Assembly: GCA_050174015.1 (NCBI GenBank)
Contig: JBFXKG010000005.1
Location: 96,001-160,000 of the forward strand
Reading direction: 5' to 3'
DNA from: Candidatus Krumholzibacteriia bacterium
GTDB lineage: Bacteria > Krumholzibacteriota > Krumholzibacteriia > LZORAL124-64-63
DNA: 64,000 nucleotides
The notes below the pieces were generated by a model. That model saw nothing but the letters and a program-made list of their open reading frames with translations, had not been told where the DNA came from and did not search any database. Positions 57,316 to 64,000 of the stretch are shown piece by piece. A program made the position numbers and the translations under genes. How positions within the stretch are numbered: position 1 is the stretch's first letter; each line of letters opens with the position of its first letter.

Positions 57316-58494
57316 TCATCCCTGGGGCTTGACCTCCGCCGCCGGCAATCCCAGCGGCCTCGCCTCCGGCGCCGGCAACCCCTGCGCTCCCTGAGCCTTC
57401 TCGTGGACGTGCCGGTGGCAGGCGCCGCAGAGGGTGATCAGGTTGTCGGGCCTGTTCGTGCCGCCCCGGGCCCGCGGCAGGACGTGATGGACCTCCAAAA
57501 ACCGGGTGTTCCTGCAACCGGGCCCCTGGCAGCGGTGGCCGTCCCGGGCCAGCACCCGCCGCCGCACACTCGGCGCAATGGTGGCGTTGTTGCGCCCGGT
57601 CCGGGGATCTTCGCTGCGGGAATCGCAGGCCACCCGTCCGGCGTCCCCCGGGCCGAAGGTCACCTCCCCCCGGCTGGTCGAAGCCGAAAAACGGCCGCAA
57701 TCGGGGCATTGGCGTACGTGAACCTGGAAAGAGGTCCCCCGGAGGGCCCGCTCGGGGAGGGCGGCGGAGGCGCCGGCGGAGGTGCTGGTCGAGGCGCCGA
57801 CGGAGGCATCGGCGGAGACCCCGGCCTCGGTGTCGAGCTGCCCCCCACCCAGGGCGTCCTCCAGCAACGCATCCAACCCTGCGAGGATCCGCTCGACCCG
57901 ATCTGCGCCGTCACCAGCCTTGGTCAGGCGCTCCTGAAGGGCCTCGAACCGGGCGAACTGCTCGGGGGTCATCTCCAGGGACACCTTGACCGGGACCGCC
58001 GCTGCGAGCCGCCGCTCACGGGGCGCCGCCGGGATCAGTTCCCCCTGACCGGGCGAGGTCCTCAGGTCGGCGGCCTGGGCCCGGACCCTGGCGACGTCCT
58101 CAGCCAGTCTGCCCCTCGGGGTCGAGCAGGCCACCTTCACCCATTCCTTCTCGGTGGCCGGGGTGGCGACCTTGATGATCTCCCGGGCCTTGGTGTAGCC
58201 GAGCTTGCCTGTCTCCAGGGATTTCCTGATCTGCGGCAGGTCGTCCAGCTTGCGGGCCATGCGGACGAAATCCCCGGTCCTGGTCCGGGAGAAGCCGAGT
58301 TCCTGCCGGGCGTAGATCTGGATGGAAGGGAATCCGAGATCCCGGAACAGACCGCGCGCCATGACGTCGGCGAACCAGAGGACGGCGCAGTGGCGGGCAT
58401 GGTCCATGACCCGGACGGCCTGCTGGAGGGCGGCGTGGGCGGCGGCGGCGGTCTGGCCGGGCTGGAAGACGGGTAGGACGGTGTTGGCAGGCAT
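57316..58494 (-). CDS. HNH endonuclease with DUF222-like N-terminal region
   Basis: AGGAGG RBS; RVACD, VRRRVLARDGHRCQGPGC, LEVHH, GGTNRPDNLITLCGACH. Confidence 0.88.
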   Translation of the reverse strand: MPANTVLPVFQPGQTAAAAHAALQQAVRVMDHARHCAVLWFADVMARGLFRDLGFPSIQIYARQELGFSRTRTGDFVRMARKLDDLPQIRKSLETGKLGYTKAREIIKVATPATEKEWVKVACSTPRGRLAEDVARVRAQAADLRTSPGQGELIPAAPRERRLAAAVPVKVSLEMTPEQFARFEALQERLTKAGDGADRVERILAGLDALLEDALGGGQLDTEAGVSADASVGASTSTSAGASAALPERALRGTSFQVHVRQCPDCGRFSASTSRGEVTFGPGDAGRVACDSRSEDPRTGRNNATIAPSVRRRVLARDGHRCQGPGCRNTRFLEVHHVLPRARGGTNRPDNLITLCGACHRHVHEKAQGAQGLPAPEARPLGLPAAEVKPQG

Positions 58495-58534
58495 GGTTCT
58501 CCTCCTGGGAATCCGGGAGGAGTGGATTGGGAAT

Positions 58535-58563
58535 ATTATAGCGAAAAAACAGCGAAAACGCAA
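58535..58563 (-). promoter_or_regulatory. Sigma-70 promoter of the HNH gene with a direct-repeat operator in the spacer
   Basis: TTGCGT-17nt-TATAAT; TTTTCGCT twice at 11-bp period (58540-58547, 58551-58558). Confidence 0.7.
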
Positions 58564-58878
58564 GGGGAAAATGAGATTTCTTTGACGCCGCGGCGGGGGC
58601 GAATCCATCCCCCGAGGGACCCAGAAGGTCGAAAACGGTCTCCAATTGGTGGTTTGGAGGCGTTTTCGACCAAGGCGGGGACCATCCCCCGACCCCATCA
58701 CCCTCCACAGGAATCCGCCCTGGGGGCGGCCCGGCGGAGGGCGGGGTGGCGCTGGCGGAAATGTTCCGAACTCTGCGGCCGGTGGCGCGACTTCGGCCCT
58801 CTTTGGCGTGTACTCGCCCGAGCCGAGGCCTTATCTTGGCGGGATTCCGCCGTCGTTCGCCCCTTCCGGGAGCCGTGG

Positions 58879-60126
58879 ATGAGGTCCCTGCAGACCCGTT
58901 GGCCCGAATTCCTCACCTGTCTGGTCGCCGTGGCCATGGCCGTCTCGGTGTCCGCCGGCAACATCGGCCTCGGCCTGCTGGCGGTGGCCGCCCTGGTCCG
59001 GACCGGCGCCGGGAAGAGGGGGTCGCGGGCCTCCCTGGGGCGTCCGATCCTCGCCTCCCTGCCGCGTCCGATCCTCGCCTCCCTCGCCGCGGCGATCCTC
59101 TGCAACCTCCTGGCGACGCTGCTGGCCGAACCCGGTTCCTCCCACTGGGCCAAGCTGGTGGAGGAATGGTGGATCAAGCTCGCACTGGTCGTCGTGCCCC
59201 TGGTCCTTGCGGGGACCGGTCGCTCCGCCGAGCGGGTCGCGGTCGTTGCCCTGACGGCCGGGCTGGCCGCCGGCGGGTACGGCATCGTGCAGCACTTCCT
59301 GGGCTGGGATTACGTGCGCGACCGGGAGCTCTTCCGCACCGGTCCCTATTACCTCATCGTCGGGTTTTCCGGGCACCACCTGAGCCTCGGCGGGCAGCTC
59401 CTCCTCTACCTGACGATGACCCTCTCCTGGCTGGCCCACCAGGCGGGGCTCCGCGCCCGAACCGCCTACCCGTCCGTCATCATGACCCTGGTGTTCGCCT
59501 TGGCCCTGGTCTGGACCTTCGCCCGCAGTTCCTATCTCGGCCTCCTGGTCGCAGGTGTCGTGCTTGCCGCGACCTTGCCGGCCTCCCGCCGCCGGTGGGG
59601 CGTTCTCACCCTGGCCGTGGTGGTGATCGCAGCCATGGCGGTCGCTCCGATCCGCGAAAGGGTGACCGAGACCTTCACCGACACCACGGAGATCGGGCGG
59701 GTCAACCTGTGGCGCAGCTCGGTTGAAGGGCTGAAGGCCAAGCCCGTCCTGGGCTGGGGACCCGGCAACTTCGACCGCATGATGAGCCGTCACGAGGTGC
59801 CGGGTTTCTACGAGGTCCGCGGCCACGCCCACAACGATTACCTGATGCAGGGGGTCAACGCGGGACTGCTGGGTCTGGCGGCCTTCCTGTGGCTGCAGGT
59901 GGAGATCTTCAGGCACCTGTGGCGGGGTTGGCGCCGCCTGGGCGGATGGGTGCTGCCGGGACTGCTGGCGAGCCAGGCCGGCCTGCTCGCGGCCGGGTTC
60001 TTCCAGGTCTACCAGACCGACGACGAGCCCGAGATGCTGCTGTACTTCCTGCTGGGCCTGGGTCTGGCCGCCTACGGGTCCCGCGGTGGGGAGAAGGGGG
60101 CCGCATCCGGCACTCCGACTCCTTGA
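58879..60126 (+). CDS. O-antigen ligase (WaaL/Wzy_C) family membrane protein
   Basis: Multi-TM; TFARSSYLG, GRVNLW, PVLGWGPGNF, HAHNDYLM. Confidence 0.9.
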   Translation: MRSLQTRWPEFLTCLVAVAMAVSVSAGNIGLGLLAVAALVRTGAGKRGSRASLGRPILASLPRPILASLAAAILCNLLATLLAEPGSSHWAKLVEEWWIKLALVVVPLVLAGTGRSAERVAVVALTAGLAAGGYGIVQHFLGWDYVRDRELFRTGPYYLIVGFSGHHLSLGGQLLLYLTMTLSWLAHQAGLRARTAYPSVIMTLVFALALVWTFARSSYLGLLVAGVVLAATLPASRRRWGVLTLAVVVIAAMAVAPIRERVTETFTDTTEIGRVNLWRSSVEGLKAKPVLGWGPGNFDRMMSRHEVPGFYEVRGHAHNDYLMQGVNAGLLGLAAFLWLQVEIFRHLWRGWRRLGGWVLPGLLASQAGLLAAGFFQVYQTDDEPEMLLYFLLGLGLAAYGSRGGEKGAASGTPTP

Positions 60127-60250
60127 CCGGACCGGGACCCCTCCCTATCGTCATTCATCGACCAGCCTCGCGACCCGCTCGTCGTCCCGCCTTCGCCCCG
60201 TTCGCCATGTCGAGTTCGGCTTGACCCCACAGGCGAAAAGAGGGCATGAC

Positions 60251-60847
60251 ATGAATCGCACGACCAATCTCATCCTCCTGGCCGCGACCGCCGGGGCGGC
60301 GTTCATCTTCGCCGGATGCACCGACGAGGGGGTCATCACGGCGCCGGATCCGGGCAAGGGGTATCCCGAGGCCGTCACCCCGGACCTCCTGGTGGACAAC
60401 CTGGTGAGGGCCTATGCCGAGCGGGCGATCGACGCCTACGCCCTGCTGCTGGACGAGGATTTCGCCTTCACCTTGCGGCCCTGCGACGTGGCGGACCTGG
60501 GCCTGAAGAGCGACCACTGGGGCAAGCAGGACGAGCTGGCGGCCGTGTCACGAATGTTCTCGGGCCGTCCCCACGTGCGGGATGACGGGACCGTCGTGCC
60601 GGCGGTCACGGCCATCGAGGTGGAATACTGTCTCCCGCTGACCGGGTGGGAGGATGCCGGAGATCCGGATCGCGACGGGGTGCAGCGCGCGGTCTACGAC
60701 CTGCGGGTGCGTTTCATGCGGGAGGAGGCCACGGACCTGATGGTGTCCGGTCCGAGCACTTTCTTCGCGGTTCCGGTGGCTGATCCGCGCGGTGCGGAGC
60801 GCTATCGCCTGCTGGGCTGGATCGACCAGTCCTTGCCCTGCGATTGA
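60251..60847 (+). CDS. Hypothetical lipoprotein (possibly NTF2/SnoaL-like)
   Basis: IFAGC lipobox; TPDLLVDNLVRAY..YALLLDEDFAF; C-terminal YRLLGWID. Confidence 0.78.
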   Translation: MNRTTNLILLAATAGAAFIFAGCTDEGVITAPDPGKGYPEAVTPDLLVDNLVRAYAERAIDAYALLLDEDFAFTLRPCDVADLGLKSDHWGKQDELAAVSRMFSGRPHVRDDGTVVPAVTAIEVEYCLPLTGWEDAGDPDRDGVQRAVYDLRVRFMREEATDLMVSGPSTFFAVPVADPRGAERYRLLGWIDQSLPCD

Positions 60848-60884
60848 CGAAGACGGGACCGGGGGATGGGCCGGCCGTGCCGGC

Positions 60885-61310
60885 CTATCCCGTCGTCAGG
60901 ACGACAATGCCGCCGATGGTCAGGGCCATGCCGATGAGGACGCGGGCGGTCAGGGGCTCGCCGCCGATCATCACCGCGAGCAGGGCCCCGAACAGGGGCG
61001 AGGTGAAGGCGATGGGCATGACTTTGGTCAACGGCGCACCCTTGAGCGCGGTGTAGAAGCAGAGCATGCCGATGGAGCCGGCCACCACGCCGCCGCCGAG
61101 GATCATGTACACCAGGGCCCGGGTCGGCGCCTGGGTGACGGCCTTCCAGTGGGGAGCGCTGGCCAGACCCAGGATCACCAGGGCCACGGCGGTGCGCAGG
61201 GTGATCCCCAGCTGGGGGGGCAGGTTGCCCAGGTGCAGGCCGCGTTTCTCGAAGTAGCCGCCGACTCCCCAGGCGATGGCGGTCAGCAGGGCGAAGATCT
61301 GGGGTTTCAT
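60885..61310 (-). CDS. EamA/DMT family transporter (single domain)
   Basis: Five TM helices; AIAWGVGG, FYTALK, GEPLT. Confidence 0.88.
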   Translation of the reverse strand: MKPQIFALLTAIAWGVGGYFEKRGLHLGNLPPQLGITLRTAVALVILGLASAPHWKAVTQAPTRALVYMILGGGVVAGSIGMLCFYTALKGAPLTKVMPIAFTSPLFGALLAVMIGGEPLTARVLIGMALTIGGIVVLTTG

Positions 61311-61393
61311 GAAGCGGGGCGCCTCCCGGTTGGATTTTCCAGGAGGCACTATGCGCGGCGGTGGGGGTGGCGGTCAAGGGGATCGCGGACCGG

Positions 61394-62218
61394 TCAGACC
61401 CATTCTTCCCTGAGCACCTCGCCCTGCACGCCCACGATGATCTGCTTGAGGGGCACCTTGCGCTCGGCGTCCATGACGGCTTCCTGAGCCAACCGGAGCA
61501 GTCCGGAACAGCAGGGCACCTGCATCATCAGGACGGTCAGGGTGTTGATCCTCGACAGGTCGATCATGGCGGTCAGCTTGGCCACGTACACGTCCAGGTC
61601 CGAGTCCAGCTTGGGACAGGCCACCGCCACGGCCTTGCCCTTGAGGAACCGGTCGTGGAAGTCTCCGACGGCGAAGGCGCAGCAATCGGCTGCCAGCAGG
61701 ACGTCGGCTCCCTGATAGTAGGGGGCCTTGGGCGAGATCAGATGCAGTTGCACCGGCCACTGCCGCAATTGGCTGGCGGCGGGAATCTGCGGTCCGGGTG
61801 CGCCCAAGGCCGCGGGGGCCGGGTCGGCGAACTGCATGGGCCGGGATCCGGGGCAACCGCCGCCGGCCGAATGCGGTGACGGGGCGCGTGAGGCCCCGGG
61901 CAGCACGGACAGGGGCACCGGAGCCGGCTGGAAATCGGGGGTGGGGCCGCCGCGGTCGGGACCGAGGGAGCGGCCGAGCCCGGCCAGGTGCTTCTCGACG
62001 GCATCCTCGTCGAATGCGGCGGCGTCGCGCTCAACGATGGTGATGGCCCCGCGTGGGCAGTCTCCCAGGCAGGCCCCCAGCCCATCGCAGAGCATGTCGC
62101 CCACCAGCCGGGCCTTGCCGTCGATGATCCGGATGGCCCCTTCGGCGCAGGAGGGGACGCAGTCCCCGCAACCGTCGCAGAGGTCCTCGTCGATGTTCAC
62201 GATCTTCCGCAGCGCCAT
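61394..62218 (-). CDS. 4Fe-4S dicluster protein with Cys-rich C-terminal domain
   Basis: CDGCGDCVPSCAEGA, CDGLGACLGDCP, GGCPG, QWPVQL, AADC, CPKLD, VPCC. Confidence 0.92.
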   Translation of the reverse strand: MALRKIVNIDEDLCDGCGDCVPSCAEGAIRIIDGKARLVGDMLCDGLGACLGDCPRGAITIVERDAAAFDEDAVEKHLAGLGRSLGPDRGGPTPDFQPAPVPLSVLPGASRAPSPHSAGGGCPGSRPMQFADPAPAALGAPGPQIPAASQLRQWPVQLHLISPKAPYYQGADVLLAADCCAFAVGDFHDRFLKGKAVAVACPKLDSDLDVYVAKLTAMIDLSRINTLTVLMMQVPCCSGLLRLAQEAVMDAERKVPLKQIIVGVQGEVLREEWV

Positions 62219-62399
62219 GGCCACCGCCCCTTGTCTTGCGAATCCACGCCCGTTTTCAAATCGGACATCATTATCCTGTTTAAGGTAATCCGACCGGTTT
62301 CCCGCGTCAAAGGGAGATTGGGTTTTGGGCGGAAGGCGGTCCGTGGCGTATGATGGCCGCCGTCGTCCCTTCCCCCTTCCCCTTCCGCCCGGAGCACCC

Positions 62400-62726
62400 A
62401 TGGCCTGGATCGTTCTCGTCGTCGCCGGTATCTTCGAATGCGCCTGGGCCATCGGACTGAAGTCCAGCCAGGGGCTGACCCGCCTGTGGCCCTCGGTCTT
62501 CACGGGGGTGACCATGGCGATCAGCCTGTACCTGCTGTCGGTCGCCATGAAGACCATTCCCCTGGGCACGGCGTATGCGGTGTGGACGGGCATCGGGGCC
62601 ATCGGCGTGGCGGCGCTGGGGATGATCCTGTTCGGGGAGTCCCGCGAGTGGGTGAGGGTGGCGTGCATCCTGCTGATCGTCGCGGGAGTGGTGGGACTGC
62701 GGGTGTTCTCCCGCGGTTCGGGATGA
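62400..62726 (+). CDS. sugE: SMR family exporter, SugE/Gdx subtype
   Basis: [36 protein letters not shown]. Confidence 0.9.
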   Translation: MAWIVLVVAGIFECAWAIGLKSSQGLTRLWPSVFTGVTMAISLYLLSVAMKTIPLGTAYAVWTGIGAIGVAALGMILFGESREWVRVACILLIVAGVVGLRVFSRGSG

Positions 62727-62772
62727 TCGGCCCCGGGCGGCTCGTGGCCGCGACCGGATGCGGGGCGAAGAA

Positions 62773-64000
62773 TCACCCGGTCGGCGGAACCCTGGGAATG
62801 CGGCTCCGGGCCGTCCGGGGCGCGATGATGAGGGCGGCTCCCAGCAGGGCGAATCCCACGCAGAGGGTCAGGGCGTTTCCCACCTGGAGATCCTCGAGGA
62901 CCAGCTTGACGCAGGCGAACAGCAGGACCGGATAGACCAGCCAGGACAGCTCGGGCAGGGCCAGCCTGCCGGAGACGACGGCCAGGAGGACCGCGGTCAG
63001 GGCCAGGACGGCGGTCCGCAGGAGGGCGGTCAGGGCGGGATCGGGGTCCGGGGGCGTTCCGGCCGACAGTCCGACCAACCCCATGACGAGAAGCTGCCCC
63101 ACGCCGCCCAGGAACATGGCGGCCGGGAAGAAGCGTGGGATGACCAGAGCGATGGAAAGATCCTGCTCCCTGTGGCCCCGGGCCATGATGAGATATCCGG
63201 CCAGGGCGGCCAGCATGACCACGGCCGACGGGAGGTCCGTCCCCGTCCGGATCGAATCGGGAGGGGACATGAAGGTGGCGAAGGAACTCCTCGCCAACCC
63301 CGAACCGACCGCGGCGAGGAATAGGTAGACCGCGGCATGGAACCTCAGGGTGACCCGGCGGAAGGCGGCCCCGAGGCCCGCCGCGGCGAGGCCGAGCAGG
63401 ACCCAGCACCACACCAGCCAGGAGCCGTGGGCGACGGTCAGGCTGCCGATGGCCAGGAAGACCAGGGCGAGCGAAGCGAAGTAGAAGAATCCCCGGCCCC
63501 GGCCCCGGCGTGACCGGATGAAGATGAACGCCACGGCGTATCCTGCCAGGGCGGACAGGAGTGCGAACCATCCCAGGGCCACGGCGCCCTGGCCGTTGGT
63601 CTGGGCGATCCGGACGGCTCCTCCGAAACCCACCGCGACCGCGCCGACGGACTGGACCACGTCGAAGACCCTGACGCCGCGCCCCTGGATCAGGGCCCGC
63701 CAGGTGAAGATCCCCAGATAGACCAGCAGGTGGCAGACCGCCAGGGTCTGGACCCGGAAGGGATGGATCCCGGCGGGAATGCGGCCGGGATCGCCCGAGG
63801 CGGCGACCACCAGCCAGAGCAGAAGGACGTTGAGGAGACCGGCCACCACCCAGCGCTTGAGGTGCCAGTGGCGGGAATAGGCCAGCAGGCAGGTTCCGGC
63901 GCCCAGCAGGAGGAGGAAGGAGGCGCTCTCCAGGTAGGCCTCCTTCGACTTGATGAGGGTGACGACCACCATCAGCGCACCGAGGGTGAAGGTCCAGGCC
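62773..64000 (-). CDS. Polytopic membrane protein; 5' end outside the window
   Basis: Open frame to the window edge with more than 10 hydrophobic helices; KLVLEDL near the C-terminus. Confidence 0.8.
   Translation of the reverse strand, partial: AWTFTLGALMVVVTLIKSKEAYLESASFLLLLGAGTCLLAYSRHWHLKRWVVAGLLNVLLLWLVVAASGDPGRIPAGIHPFRVQTLAVCHLLVYLGIFTWRALIQGRGVRVFDVVQSVGAVAVGFGGAVRIAQTNGQGAVALGWFALLSALAGYAVAFIFIRSRRGRGRGFFYFASLALVFLAIGSLTVAHGSWLVWCWVLLGLAAAGLGAAFRRVTLRFHAAVYLFLAAVGSGLARSSFATFMSPPDSIRTGTDLPSAVVMLAALAGYLIMARGHREQDLSIALVIPRFFPAAMFLGGVGQLLVMGLVGLSAGTPPDPDPALTALLRTAVLALTAVLLAVVSGRLALPELSWLVYPVLLFACVKLVLEDLQVGNALTLCVGFALLGAALIIAPRTARSRIPRVPPTG

Noticed and set aside
59040..59084. 24-nt-period tandem duplication (RPILASL twice) in the O-antigen ligase gene
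   Set aside because: In-frame two-copy slippage in a loop; no sign of phase variation
62290..62399. Guanidine riboswitch upstream of sugE/gdx
   Set aside because: No paired ACGR-loop hairpins or class I/III consensus seen

Overview
GC-rich bacterial chromosomal window from a diderm organism (porin, outer-membrane barrel, lipoproteins). The short C-terminal tail family and a FlgD-Ig-type C-terminal domain remnant suggest an FCB-group candidate phylum such as Krumholzibacteriota/Latescibacterota (inference, not tested). About 65 real genes; most of the ORF track is antisense or alternate-frame shadow. Recognisable content: Fur/PerR regulator plus peroxiredoxin, two ECF/anti-sigma pairs, porin, M14 peptidase, ettA, an RluA-SAM methyltransferase fusion, a sigma-70 factor, an octaheme tetrathionate-reductase-family cytochrome, rlmH, an 11-subunit complex I operon (nuoABCDHIJKLMN, no nuoEFG), kynU, FHA-GGDEF, an HNH nuclease, an O-antigen ligase family protein and sugE/gdx. 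Top observations: (1) eight secreted proteins share a C-terminal S-[WFL]-G-x-[VI]-K-[AS]-L-F tail, a candidate uncharacterised sorting signal; six of them form an A-B/A-B/A-B array of separately terminated pairs, each preceded by an AGGAA-N3-TTCCT palindrome; (2) a 66-aa DUF6132-like membrane protein, truncated in the ORF track, has an in-frame TGA at a family Cys position (probable selenoprotein); (3) a compact SH3 - M48 - CHASE2 adenylate cyclase - MBL hydrolase - cNMP-binding MscS operon; (4) a candidate structured ncRNA at about 15.9-16.2 kb; (5) hairpins with unrelated stems but a conserved 23-nt core. No rRNA, tRNA or CRISPR array was seen. All family assignments are by eye, and start codons were chosen from RBS position and protein features.
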